This document shows, piece after piece, positions 9,616 through 21,164 of a stretch of 64,000 nucleotides of DNA. How positions within the stretch are numbered: the stretch's first letter is position 1; each line of letters opens with the position of its first letter. The DNA comes from an uncultured Bacteroidales bacterium (lineage in GTDB: Bacteria; Bacteroidota; Bacteroidia; Bacteroidales; Paludibacteraceae), in NCBI GenBank assembly GCA_944321155.1, contig CALUKG010000001.1, positions 4,283 through 68,282 on the forward strand. The letters run 5' to 3'. Below the pieces are notes generated by a model. That model did no database searches. It saw only the letters and a program-made list of their open reading frames with translations, and was not told where the DNA came from. The translations under genes and the position numbers were made by a program.

Positions 9616-9689
9616 TATCAATGGTGCGAACTGACAATTTCACCCAAATACAACAACACAATCGGTCTACTTTTCATTTCAAGGCTTTC

Positions 9690-10343
9690 TTATATTTGTT
9701 TTAACCGTATGAAAACCACATAAGCCAATGCCAATAGCAGCAGCCATCCACATCCCTCTCCTAAAGGTACACCCAATTGGTCATTCTCATAGGTTGTCCT
9801 TGGTGGCGGTGGTAATACTGTGCCGTCAGTAGTAACAGGTGCGAACATTGGCAAAGATGCAGACATTCCCGAAGTTGCAGAGATGATGGACATGGCCCGT
9901 AACTTGTCGGAAGGAATATCCGCTTTCGTCTTTACCATCAACAGTGGAACATATTCTCCCACTACAGCACTCTGTTGAACCACATCCATCCGTCTGCTTG
10001 GCAAAGTAGCGCCAGAGGATACTGTCCTTGTCACACGTTTTTCCACTGCAATATTCTTACCTGACGGGAGTGCATTCAACACCAGATTCTCATGTGCATA
10101 TAATTTGCTTACTTCCGTTTCTACGGTTGATCCATATAATTCATGTCCTTCATTATTGTACGAAAACAAATGTCCGCTTGTACTGACAAAAGGAGTGGTC
10201 GGCAACACAAAACCAACATGCTCGCTATTGTTCACCTGATATAGATAGACACTATCATCTTTCTGTCTATCGGCAACACCCACGTACAGCAAACCTGCAC
10301 AAGCAGCCAACAAGGCAACTAAAAATACAACAATCTTTCCCAT
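9690..10343 (-). CDS. hypothetical lipoprotein with a C-terminal transmembrane tail
   Basis: 217 aa. Lipobox-type signal MGKIVVFLVALLAAC and C-terminal PLGEGCGWLLLLALAYVVFIRLKQI. It starts 2 nt after the stop of the upstream ORF. Confidence 0.6.
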   Translation of the reverse strand: MGKIVVFLVALLAACAGLLYVGVADRQKDDSVYLYQVNNSEHVGFVLPTTPFVSTSGHLFSYNNEGHELYGSTVETEVSKLYAHENLVLNALPSGKNIAVEKRVTRTVSSGATLPSRRMDVVQQSAVVGEYVPLLMVKTKADIPSDKLRAMSIISATSGMSASLPMFAPVTTDGTVLPPPPRTTYENDQLGVPLGEGCGWLLLLALAYVVFIRLKQI

Positions 10344-10345
10344 AA

Positions 10346-12499
10346 TCAGAATACTACTTTAACAGGTTTAACAATCGAATTGGTTCTGAGATATACCGTA
10401 TATGCTCCATACGGAAGGTTCAACGTATAGGAATATCGTCCCAACCCCGGCACAGTTCCGGAATCAATTTTGCGTCCGACAGCATCATAAACGGTCCAGT
10501 CGCCTTCACTGTCGGTGAAGTTTTCCACATACAGCACTCCGTCATAAGCATAGCCTTTGAGCAATCCGCCGTCGACCTCTTCATTCACAGTGGAAGAAGA
10601 ACTGATAAGGAAGCGGCGTGTCTCCCCTTTCTTGCCCACACTAAAGGAATAGGAGTCGGAAGCCAGCAGGTCGATAGATGTACCGGCAGTCAAATCATGC
10701 AGATAGAGGCGGCTATATTGTCCGTTGAGGGTCGATGGATCGAAAGTCAATGTATATTCCGTCTCCTCACCCGCTATGAAACCAAGATACTGTCCATCGA
10801 TATCATCCACGGCATTGACCGACATATTGTCATCGGCCTCAATGGCAAAGAGCTGTGGAGTACGACTGTCGCCATATATTTTTTTGCCGTCATAGCCCGG
10901 CTCATAGCCATGCGTCCAGTCCTCACGACACAACAAGTACAGGTCATCTGCAAACCGCTTGCCTTCTACCCTCACCTTGAGTATAGGAATTTCCGTCTTC
11001 TCCTTCTGAGGGGCACGCACTACAGGCGGCGGTGTTGTCGTCGTTTCGTAATAATTGGGACGTACTACCGCATTACGGTAATCTATGGAAACAGAACCAT
11101 TGCCAGTACCAGCATCAGCGGTCGCCTTGACAAAGAAACCCTGCATGGCCGGTATAACATTCAAACCGGTATAGGAACCAGCATGAATAGGTAGGGCCAT
11201 GTACTGACCGGGAGTCGTAGTACTATCATCACCTACATTATTATCATACCATTGTTCCCAAGTACCTGCATTGTATATATAGATGGTCGGTTCTACATTT
11301 ACAAAATCTTCGTCTTTCAAGGAGTCCAAATAAATGGGTGCCGTAAAAGAATTGCCCAACAGATGAAAACCCGGATATGTTTTGGGATAAGTTTTTTCAC
11401 CATCTGTATAATTATCTCCACTTGTTTGCTGTGTATAGGTCAAACCCTTATAGGTATGATCGTGTACATTCAAGAAACCAGCAAGCAGATATGTCTTTGG
11501 ATTCTCTTGTGTCAAGGCATAGCCTTCAAATGGATCCAATTTATCATTATCCTTCACAACATACCAATGCGCCTGCGGATAACTCATATTGGGATTCACC
11601 TCATCCCACCGACACATCCATGCGCCCTCAAAAGGTTTAACCGCTTGCGGATAGCCTGAGGTGGGGATAGCCATATATTGCCATACAGCCGTAGTTGGAA
11701 TATCCGTACCCGATTGTGCCACTGCTCCACTCGCTTTGCTGTAAAACTCCACATGCGCATAAGGTGCAACCGAATCATAAACCATAAATGCCCCTGCAGC
11801 CGTTTCGTTTGTCTCTATTGTCAAACTGCCTTCACTTTCTATCTTATAGGAATTAACAAAATCTCTTCCACGCACTTCACGGAAACGTCCTGCAACAGCC
11901 AATTTAGCACCAGGCTCAACCGTAAGGGAACCTTCCCAATTGTTATCCTTGTCCTTACGGATGCTGACTGCAGAAACTCCGGCTTTTACATTCACAGTAC
12001 AAGGTTTGTCAATGCGTACACGATGTGACAAAGTGGGAACCATATTAAAGCCTGGCGCCCAATTCAGACGATTACTCCACTTACCATCGCCAGCGCCCTC
12101 CACATTTCTCTCAGTCCCATCCAGATTCAGTCCATTGGTGAAAACGAGCGAACAATCGGAAACATAAATAGGGTCAGTGATAAGCAAATATTCCAATATA
12201 TTACCAATGGCCTTATAACCATCATCCGTGATTAATTGGGTGGCAGTATTATTGATAGAAAGCACCATCATGCGGCTTTCCACCACCTTCTGTCTTTCAC
12301 AGCAAGCGACCAGCGTTCCTTGCGCTCCTCCGTCAATGGTAGCAATATTGACAAACTCTACAACATCAAAGGTAGCGAATCCCTGCAAAGCCTTTTCCCC
12401 GTCAGAACCTCCTCCGGTAGTAACTGCTACTACTTTATCGTCATCATCACCTATATTGATATTCTTAAACATCTCATGAGCATAGCACAATACTGTCAT
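10346..12499 (-). CDS. C-terminal portion of a giant T9SS-sorted surface protein (no signal peptide of its own)
   Basis: 717 aa ending in a T9SS-type C-terminal domain (WTVYDAVGRKIDSG...YTVYLRTNSIVKPVKVVF). It is in the same frame as ORF 12557..15853 and separated from it by a single TAA. Confidence 0.6.
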   Translation of the reverse strand: MTVLCYAHEMFKNINIGDDDDKVVAVTTGGGSDGEKALQGFATFDVVEFVNIATIDGGAQGTLVACCERQKVVESRMMVLSINNTATQLITDDGYKAIGNILEYLLITDPIYVSDCSLVFTNGLNLDGTERNVEGAGDGKWSNRLNWAPGFNMVPTLSHRVRIDKPCTVNVKAGVSAVSIRKDKDNNWEGSLTVEPGAKLAVAGRFREVRGRDFVNSYKIESEGSLTIETNETAAGAFMVYDSVAPYAHVEFYSKASGAVAQSGTDIPTTAVWQYMAIPTSGYPQAVKPFEGAWMCRWDEVNPNMSYPQAHWYVVKDNDKLDPFEGYALTQENPKTYLLAGFLNVHDHTYKGLTYTQQTSGDNYTDGEKTYPKTYPGFHLLGNSFTAPIYLDSLKDEDFVNVEPTIYIYNAGTWEQWYDNNVGDDSTTTPGQYMALPIHAGSYTGLNVIPAMQGFFVKATADAGTGNGSVSIDYRNAVVRPNYYETTTTPPPVVRAPQKEKTEIPILKVRVEGKRFADDLYLLCREDWTHGYEPGYDGKKIYGDSRTPQLFAIEADDNMSVNAVDDIDGQYLGFIAGEETEYTLTFDPSTLNGQYSRLYLHDLTAGTSIDLLASDSYSFSVGKKGETRRFLISSSSTVNEEVDGGLLKGYAYDGVLYVENFTDSEGDWTVYDAVGRKIDSGTVPGLGRYSYTLNLPYGAYTVYLRTNSIVKPVKVVF

Positions 12500-12556
12500 A
12501 TCGGTTTGCGTCGATGAGGGTGTAAGCGGATTACCCGTAAATCCTTTTGCTTGCCA

Positions 12557-15500
12557 TTAGTCCAAAGCTGCCATGTGTGCCTTCAGAGAGAAGATAGGTT
12601 TTCTGTCAACCAAGTCGGCAAGGTCATTCAAGTTTGCTGCACGGCCTACATGTCCCTCTCCGCTTCCTATTTTTCCATCTGTTTTAGGATGATCCGTTAG
12701 TAGCACCAAATCAAAAGGTTCATAGTTCAGGAATCGATAGTTGGCATAGCCGTTTACCGCAGTAGGTATGTATCCCATTTCCGCCAACTTGCTTGTATAT
12801 AAAGGGTCTTGTATATCAGCGGATGTAACACCCAAAAAGTCATCTATATTTTCTCCACTGACTACATAGGCTATTGTATGTGTGCTGCGGTCAAGCACAA
12901 TAATGTTGATGGAATCGGCATAGGTTACATCTATATCATTGCACATATTACGGGGTGTCACTTTCACTACAATAGTATCACCCACTTGAATAGCATTGGG
13001 ATTTTTTTTACTCCACTCTGTCAACCCATCATAATCAGCTATAATGGTATCTGTATTGTTCTTGGAAGTAATCCAATCGGTACGTGCTAAAGAACTGATT
13101 GTTGAACCACGATGAACAGTTGCGCTGACTTGATAAGGTTCATCGCTTGTGCCATCGCTTGTGCCCTTTGGAGTCACCTTGAACAGATGACGTATTTTAC
13201 GCCCTGCAACAGCATAAGTAGAATCCAGTTGGTAGTATTGGAACGGTGTAAGTTTTTCAACGAAAGGAGGGTCATTCTGTGAAAGCGTAACCATAGCCTC
13301 ATTGCCGGTCCACTGCGGACAATTATCCGTAACCAAAGCCTTATAAATGCCAGCGGATGTAGCAGTACAGGTATCTGAAGTTGCACCATCTATCTCTTGC
13401 CATGTTCCATCTGCACCCTGTTGATACCAAGCAATAGCAGTAACATTCGTAACATCAACATCCGTCGTCGTACCATCTGCATTCTCATAAACTAATTTTA
13501 GCTCTACGTTCCCATCACAGTCAATCACACCACTTTCAGGTGAGATAGATGGAACGGGGTCAGGACAGGTTACAGTCAAGGTATAGCTTACACTCTCACT
13601 ACAATAAGTATCATCACCGTCATAAGTTGCCGTAATGGTGGTTGTACCAGTACCTGTAATGTCCAATACTCCTAAAGTTGCATCTATTGTCGCTACTTCG
13701 GGAACTGAACTACTATATTGAATTGACGTGAGATTGTTTGGAATTTCAAGAGTTGGAAAAGAAGGTTTTTGAGCTCCATATTCAACCGTGCAGTCGCTTG
13801 CTGACCAAGCCAAACCAGCTGGTGTGCAGGTTTTGCCGCAATATACTTTAACAGATTTCAAGTAGGTATTATTCCTTGTAGCTCGAGTCAGAATAAACTG
13901 TTTTTGATCAATGAGAGGATTATCCTTACCAACAATATAACTTTTCGTATAAGTCCCTTTAGTCACATCTGTTAATTTGTCCACCTCACTATTTTCTGAC
14001 GTACGAATTGAAATTCCCCTTCCATTATTGTCATCGGCATTTGTTGTAAAGGTTATTTCAATTTTTGTCCCTTCCTTAATTTCTTGTTCTAAAGCAATTG
14101 TCAACAAATCGCTATTACCACCAAATGTAAACCCCTCATTGGCAAATTTAACATCACCACTATGACTAACTGTTCCACCAATGACCGTATAACTACCCTC
14201 CCATGTTGTACCACTTGTTGCAGTAAAAATCAATTCATAGCAAGGTCCTTCCGTAAATGTTACCGTCTGAACGTCAGTGGTCTCTGTACAAGCTCCACTA
14301 CTAATTTCACAAAAGTAATAGAACGTTTGAGCAGAAGTTGAAGATACTGAATAGTCAGTAGAGGTTGCACCTGAAATTGCTACCGCTCCATCACCATTTT
14401 CGTTGTCCGCAGAATACCATTGATATGAATAAGAACCATCTCCACCACTTGCTGTTACATGAAGTGTGGCTGTTTCACCAATATTATACATTCCCGCCCC
14501 AGTGATGCCAAAGCCGATTTGAGGGGTCAAATTGTTGATAGTAGCACGAGGAGACTCCACCGTAACAGGGAAATAGCCTGATTCCGTATAAGTGACCTTA
14601 CAATAATATTTTCCCGTTTCTTCTGGTGAATAATTTGATCGTGTCTGCCCAGCCAATGCAGCACCATCTTTATACCATTGATACGCAAAAGTACCTGTAG
14701 TTGATGTGGAAGTGGCGGTAACAGTCAATGGCTCACCAAAACACCAAGATGTGGTAGAGTTATCAAAATTCTCACCCTCAACTGTAGGTGCTGGCGCTAC
14801 TCCATTGGCTACATACACAGGAATAACGGCCTCACAATAAGTGTTATCGGCTGGTGTAAAAACAAGAGTGGCAGAACCTGTAGCATCTGATGAAGCAGTT
14901 ACAGTATTGTCACTCACTGTAATAATATTTGCAGGATTGGCATTACTTACACTCCAAGTGCCGTCGACAGAGGTTCCATCAGAAGTAGTTGCAGAAAGCG
15001 TTGCTAAATTACCTTTCTCCAAGTTCAGAGTTGTTAAATCGGATGTCCCGTCACTGATGGTTAGCGGTGTACAGGAAGAAGTTGTAGTATAATAGATTCT
15101 TACGCTTTTAAATAACATATAGTCACTACTGCTTCTACCAAAATAAAATATATAGTTGCCTGGGGTAATTACACTATCAACATTCTCAACAATCTCATTA
15201 TTATCAACATCATTAGAATATGTAGTCAAGACTTTCGAAATAACCCCTGTTTCGTCATCATCCTTCAATGTAACATAAGAACCCATTTCTGAAGGGCCAT
15301 TTTCGGAAATAATCCCCTTATGCAAACGGCATCGCACAGGTGTTTTTGGGGGAACATGTATTTCTACCGTTATCTGATTCACTCCCTCAGGGATTTCAAA
15401 GGAAAGAGCTGTATAATAATTACTTTTACTCATATTTGAGGCATTAAACGACAATCCACCTGTTGTTATTGAAAATTCATCAGCAACACTGTTATTACTC

Positions 15501-15736
15501 TGAAACCATGCATATTGTCCAACTGCTCCCGGATAAAACTCAGAAATGTCCAGCCGAGTGTTTATAGCAAATCCTGTAAAACTGGGATTAGTGAAATCAA
15601 CATTAACAAGGTCGATTTCTGTCTGTGCCTGTATATTGCTTTGAGAAAAGCCCCACACAAAAAGGAGCGAGAAAAAAAGTCTTGTTTTTCTTCCTATTGA
15701 TTTGAAGAAACATTTCATATCCATATTCCACTTCAT
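12557..15736 (-). CDS. N-terminal portion of a giant surface protein/adhesin with Ig-like repeats (signal peptide present, sorting domain absent)
   Basis: The start is taken at MKWNMDMKCFFKSIGRKTRLFFSLLFVWGFSQSNIQAQ (ATG 15736), 20 nt downstream of a TAAATTTG motif. Ig-like modules repeat (YQWYKDG, YQWYSAD, IAWYQQGADG). It ends at TAA 12557..12559. Confidence 0.65.
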   Translation of the reverse strand: MKWNMDMKCFFKSIGRKTRLFFSLLFVWGFSQSNIQAQTEIDLVNVDFTNPSFTGFAINTRLDISEFYPGAVGQYAWFQSNNSVADEFSITTGGLSFNASNMSKSNYYTALSFEIPEGVNQITVEIHVPPKTPVRCRLHKGIISENGPSEMGSYVTLKDDDETGVISKVLTTYSNDVDNNEIVENVDSVITPGNYIFYFGRSSSDYMLFKSVRIYYTTTSSCTPLTISDGTSDLTTLNLEKGNLATLSATTSDGTSVDGTWSVSNANPANIITVSDNTVTASSDATGSATLVFTPADNTYCEAVIPVYVANGVAPAPTVEGENFDNSTTSWCFGEPLTVTATSTSTTGTFAYQWYKDGAALAGQTRSNYSPEETGKYYCKVTYTESGYFPVTVESPRATINNLTPQIGFGITGAGMYNIGETATLHVTASGGDGSYSYQWYSADNENGDGAVAISGATSTDYSVSSTSAQTFYYFCEISSGACTETTDVQTVTFTEGPCYELIFTATSGTTWEGSYTVIGGTVSHSGDVKFANEGFTFGGNSDLLTIALEQEIKEGTKIEITFTTNADDNNGRGISIRTSENSEVDKLTDVTKGTYTKSYIVGKDNPLIDQKQFILTRATRNNTYLKSVKVYCGKTCTPAGLAWSASDCTVEYGAQKPSFPTLEIPNNLTSIQYSSSVPEVATIDATLGVLDITGTGTTTITATYDGDDTYCSESVSYTLTVTCPDPVPSISPESGVIDCDGNVELKLVYENADGTTTDVDVTNVTAIAWYQQGADGTWQEIDGATSDTCTATSAGIYKALVTDNCPQWTGNEAMVTLSQNDPPFVEKLTPFQYYQLDSTYAVAGRKIRHLFKVTPKGTSDGTSDEPYQVSATVHRGSTISSLARTDWITSKNNTDTIIADYDGLTEWSKKNPNAIQVGDTIVVKVTPRNMCNDIDVTYADSINIIVLDRSTHTIAYVVSGENIDDFLGVTSADIQDPLYTSKLAEMGYIPTAVNGYANYRFLNYEPFDLVLLTDHPKTDGKIGSGEGHVGRAANLNDLADLVDRKPIFSLKAHMAALD

Positions 15737-15756
15737 GATATTAGATTTTATCGGTG

Positions 15757-15764
15757 CAAATTTA
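15757..15764 (-). promoter_or_regulatory. -7 promoter motif TAAATTTG for the giant surface-protein gene
   Basis: Minus-strand TAAATTTG, 20 nt upstream of ATG 15736. Confidence 0.4.
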
Positions 15765-15925
15765 AATAACAAAAAACGCCGTAAATGTGCAATATTCGCA
15801 GATAAATGTGTTTTTTCTGTCAAAAAAGGGAAAATACAATCATATCCTAACAAAAATCACATTATTGCAAACAAATAATTACAGCACCAAACATTCATTT
15901 ACAATTTCACTTTCAATATGAAAAC

Positions 15926-15957
15926 AAAAAAAGTGCACAGACTTAGGTCTGTGCACT
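15926..15957 (-). terminator. rho-independent terminator after the GldB-like gene
   Basis: 11-bp stem AGTGCACAGAC/GTCTGTGCACT with loop TTAG, followed on the minus strand by T7. Confidence 0.7.
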
Positions 15958-15981
15958 CACCTTGTTCTATAAGAGAAAGTC

Positions 15982-17001
15982 CTATGGACGATAATCAGAC
16001 ATCTCCAAAAGTTTCTGTGAATCTGTCATCTCAAGCAATTCCTGCATTCCCACTTCCGGGTGATGCTCCATATAGCTATCAACAATCCGCCAGCCGACCC
16101 ATGTACCCAAACGACCTGGAGAATCCTGCGATACGGGTCCCGTAAAAGGCCCATCATTTACATATTTGGTAATGGTCAGATTGTCAGTTGAAAATAAATC
16201 CTTGGAATCCAATATGGTTGACCAAATCCTTCTTTCAAAATAATCACACCATTCCCACTGCTCTGGGGTGTAATTCATTATTTCGTTTGAAGGCGCATCA
16301 GGGAAAAGCACCGACAGGAAATACATTATTTTTCCCCTATACAACATCTCGTCCAAAAGATTCGGATTGGCCACAGGCTGTCGGAAGTTACGGAACAACA
16401 CCACGGAAAGCATATCGACCGGCACACATGCTGGCCGCATTCCATAGTGCATATACCGATAGGTCACCTCTTCATATAAAGGATAATCCGCTCCCAGATA
16501 CATATCTGCTCCCAAAGCCAAAATATTGTCGGTAAACAATACCTGTCTGTTAAATCCGGACACGAACAAATACAAATCAGGAACTTTGATTTGAGGATAA
16601 AAATAGCGCAAGCGTCCAAAAGCCTTAGAAAGTTCTCCCTCTATAGAGTCCAAATCGGAAAAGGTAGCCAATGCATAATCATTTACAGCACGATAGAGGC
16701 TATCACACAGGAAATTCCGCATCAACTCTGCCACATAAACTGTATCAGAAGGCTCCACTTCCAAAATTTGGTCAACAAACAAAGGCATAAATACAGGATA
16801 TTCATCATACAAGCGCACAACCGACTGATACATGTCAGTCGTATCGGCCGTTGCCAGAGCAACGTCAAAACGTTCCACTTTGACCGAGACTGGCGTTGCA
16901 TCTATGTCAGCAAACCGACGTTGACGGCCACATCCTGCCAAAAACACGACCAATACCCCGAAAAAACAGCACCAATACCTCATCATTTTATCTTTTAGCA
17001 T
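15982..17001 (-). CDS. lipoprotein, GldB-like (tentative)
   Basis: 339 aa. Lipobox VVFLAGC. The overall pattern (FDxxL...YPxF...; PDLYLFVSGFN) resembles gliding-motility lipoprotein GldB/DUF2268 proteins from memory. The start is ambiguous (M1, M6 or M7) and overlaps the yidC stop. Confidence 0.45.
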   Translation of the reverse strand: MLKDKMMRYWCCFFGVLVVFLAGCGRQRRFADIDATPVSVKVERFDVALATADTTDMYQSVVRLYDEYPVFMPLFVDQILEVEPSDTVYVAELMRNFLCDSLYRAVNDYALATFSDLDSIEGELSKAFGRLRYFYPQIKVPDLYLFVSGFNRQVLFTDNILALGADMYLGADYPLYEEVTYRYMHYGMRPACVPVDMLSVVLFRNFRQPVANPNLLDEMLYRGKIMYFLSVLFPDAPSNEIMNYTPEQWEWCDYFERRIWSTILDSKDLFSTDNLTITKYVNDGPFTGPVSQDSPGRLGTWVGWRIVDSYMEHHPEVGMQELLEMTDSQKLLEMSDYRP

Positions 17002-18919
17002 TGCGTTTCATCTGCTCGCGCTGGTAAGCCATCTGCTCACGCTGCATTTTCTCCAAGCGTGCGGCAAAACCCGTTTTCTTGGGCGCCTTTTCGTTCTTCT
17101 TCCGTTTTTCATGCAATTTCGCCAACAGCTTCTCATCGTTGATAGTCCAACGGAAGATGTAAGTCTGCAAAATGGTTATCAACAACGAAACAAAATAATA
17201 ATAGCTCAACCCAGCAGCATAGTTATTGAAAATGAAAAGGAACATGATGGGCATCAAATACATCATCCACTTCATGGCTGCCATCTGGTCAGAACCTGCC
17301 GTAGAAGCCATATTCAGCTTCGTATAAATGATATTGGTAACAGTCATCAGCAAGCAGAACAAGCTGATATGATTACCAAATGTATTCGAAATCAACGGTA
17401 TATAAGTATCCCAGCTTAATATGGCATCATAGCTCGATAGGTCATCTGCCCACAAGAAACTTTGCTGACGCAACTCAATGGAAGCTGGGAAGAAACTGAA
17501 CATAGCCAACAAAATAGGCATTTGAAGCAGCATAGGCAAACAACCACTCATTGGGCTAACACCTACCTTTGAATATAGCTCCATAGTTGCACGTTGGCGT
17601 TCCATAGCTTTCTCTGCTGGAATGCGGGCGTTAATCTCATCAATTTCAGGTTTCAGCACACGCATCTTGGCCGATGACAAATAGGATTTATAGGTCAACG
17701 GGAACAAGACCAGTTTGATAACAATAGTCATCAATAAAATAATGATACCGAAATTTGAAATATAACGGCTGAAGAAATCAAACATTGGAATAACGGCAAT
17801 CCGATTTATCCATCCCCACAATTTCCAACCAAGAGGTACCAACTTATTCAACTGCAAACGGTTTTCCTTCTCTACTCCTTTGTCATAAGCCGCCAAAGTC
17901 TTAAAATGATTGGGTCCCAAGTAGAAATGGAAGCCGGTTTTTTCTTTTCCTGTTGGGTCATAGGCAACAGCCATCTCAGCAAAGCAGTTCTTGAGATAAC
18001 CGCTATTTCTATTTTCTACATGACTTTCAACAACAGTTGAAGTAAAGTAGTTATCAGCAATCAACACCGAACTGAAGAACTGGTCCTTAAAAGCAATCCA
18101 CTTCACATTGCCGCCCAACATTTTCTTATCATTTTTTGAAGCATTCAGGCTCTCCACATCATCTGCCGCAAATTTATATTGAACCATGGAATAACGTTCC
18201 TCAAACTTACGTCCGCGCTCCTGTTGCTTTATCTTAGCCTGCCATTGCATCTCCAAATAATTCATTCCAGAAGGCATAACCTTATCCATCTGATATGACT
18301 CTATAGCCATACCCACCATATAGTCATTGGCAGGGATTGTGTAAACAAAATCCATATAAGCGGTTGTGTCTGTCAGCAAACGCATTCGAAGCACTTGATT
18401 GCCATCCGCATCTTTCTGTACATCACCTACAGGCACAAAATACATATCATTCGTATTCAGCACACGGTTATTTCCCGTTACAATGGTAAAGCCCAAATTG
18501 CTTTGGTCTTCCGTAAACAGAATCAGTGGCAAAGAATCATGAGTTCTGTATTCTTTCAACTCCGCTTCAACCAAACGTCCACCTTTACTAGAGAAAGTCA
18601 AACGAAGCAAATCAGACTCCAATGTCCAATGCTTGTCCTCACCTAAAGCAGAGGGAGCAAATGCCCCGAACAATCCATGTACTTTTTCTGCTATAGCAAT
18701 ACTATCCGTTTCCAAAGCACTATCCTGCAATAGACTGGCCGTCTTGTGGGCTTCCTCTTCTGCCAAACGTTGAGCTTCCGCCATTTGCTGAGCCGCAACA
18801 ATGGAATCATTGTAACGCTGACGACGTGCGATTTCTTCCTGAGAAGGACGGTTCATCCATCCAAACCCTATTAATATAAGGGCTATTAATATAAAACCTA
18901 CAACAGTATTTTTATCCAT
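16988..18919 (-). CDS. yidC: membrane protein insertase YidC
   Basis: 643 aa. Large periplasmic P1 domain, then the conserved 60-kDa insertase core (PLTYKSYLSSAKMRVLKPE, GCLPMLLQMPIL) and a basic C-tail. Confidence 0.93.
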   Translation of the reverse strand: MDKNTVVGFILIALILIGFGWMNRPSQEEIARRQRYNDSIVAAQQMAEAQRLAEEEAHKTASLLQDSALETDSIAIAEKVHGLFGAFAPSALGEDKHWTLESDLLRLTFSSKGGRLVEAELKEYRTHDSLPLILFTEDQSNLGFTIVTGNNRVLNTNDMYFVPVGDVQKDADGNQVLRMRLLTDTTAYMDFVYTIPANDYMVGMAIESYQMDKVMPSGMNYLEMQWQAKIKQQERGRKFEERYSMVQYKFAADDVESLNASKNDKKMLGGNVKWIAFKDQFFSSVLIADNYFTSTVVESHVENRNSGYLKNCFAEMAVAYDPTGKEKTGFHFYLGPNHFKTLAAYDKGVEKENRLQLNKLVPLGWKLWGWINRIAVIPMFDFFSRYISNFGIIILLMTIVIKLVLFPLTYKSYLSSAKMRVLKPEIDEINARIPAEKAMERQRATMELYSKVGVSPMSGCLPMLLQMPILLAMFSFFPASIELRQQSFLWADDLSSYDAILSWDTYIPLISNTFGNHISLFCLLMTVTNIIYTKLNMASTAGSDQMAAMKWMMYLMPIMFLFIFNNYAAGLSYYYFVSLLITILQTYIFRWTINDEKLLAKLHEKRKKNEKAPKKTGFAARLEKMQREQMAYQREQMKRNAKR

Positions 18920-18948
18920 CTTACTTTGTTCGTTATTTATCTCTACAA

Positions 18949-20583
<1,635 letters not shown>

Positions 20584-20619
20584 TTATATTATTTATTCCG
20601 TGATAAGCAATCAAAGTTG

Positions 20620-20627
20620 CAAAGATA
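20620..20627 (-). promoter_or_regulatory. -7 promoter motif TATCTTTG upstream of pyrG
   Basis: Minus-strand TATCTTTG, 48 nt upstream of the pyrG ATG, with a TTG about 19 nt further upstream. Confidence 0.45.
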
Positions 20628-20711
20628 CATATTTTTTTCTAACAGACAATCACTTACCTATAAGCAGATTGTCATCTCAAAATCAGCTTCAAAAACTATA
20701 TTATAAAAATC

Positions 20712-20752
20712 ACAAAAAAGCGGCGTTAACACTAACCGTTAACAACCGCTTT
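20712..20752 (-). terminator. rho-independent terminator after panD
   Basis: AAAGCGG...CCGCTTT outer stem with an inner GTTAAC/GTTAAC stem, followed on the minus strand by T6. Confidence 0.6.
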
Positions 20753-20790
20753 ATTTATAGCACTATAATGATTTATAGCATAGATATCTT

Positions 20791-21141
20791 CTACAACAAT
20801 CTATTAGTAGCTGTGTCAGGGAATACCACTGTAGGTTTGAAGGTTTTAGCTTCTTCTGCATCCATCATTGCATATGCAATAATAATCACAATATCGCCAG
20901 GCTGTACAAGACGAGCGGCAGCGCCATTAAGACAAACAACCCCAGAACCTCTTTCACCAGCTATTACATAAGTTTCCAGACGCGCACCATTGTTATTGTT
21001 AACAATCGCCACTTTTTCATTGGGCAGTATATTGGCAGCATCCAATAAATCCTGATCTATCGTAATACTTCCAATATAATTCAAATTGGCTTCGGTTACA
21101 GTTACCCTATGAATTTTCGACTTTAAAACATGAAGAAACAT
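20791..21141 (-). CDS. panD: aspartate 1-decarboxylase
   Basis: 116 aa. [29 protein letters not shown] (pyruvoyl-forming G-S site). Confidence 0.95.
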   Translation of the reverse strand: MFLHVLKSKIHRVTVTEANLNYIGSITIDQDLLDAANILPNEKVAIVNNNNGARLETYVIAGERGSGVVCLNGAAARLVQPGDIVIIIAYAMMDAEEAKTFKPTVVFPDTATNRLL

Positions 21142-21164
21142 AATCTGAAATGTCTAAACCTTAA

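Noticed and set aside
9355-9723. 122-aa plus-strand ORF in the uxaC upstream region
   Set aside because: It spans the two terminator hairpins of the convergently read operon and a promoter motif for the opposite strand. Its composition is low-complexity, and it overlaps the 3' end of the lipoprotein gene.
12557-12559. Alternative genetic code (TAA read as sense) as the explanation for the in-frame stop
   Set aside because: Well-supported genes in this window end normally at TAA (for example dnaG at 2176-2178), so TAA functions as a stop codon in this genome.
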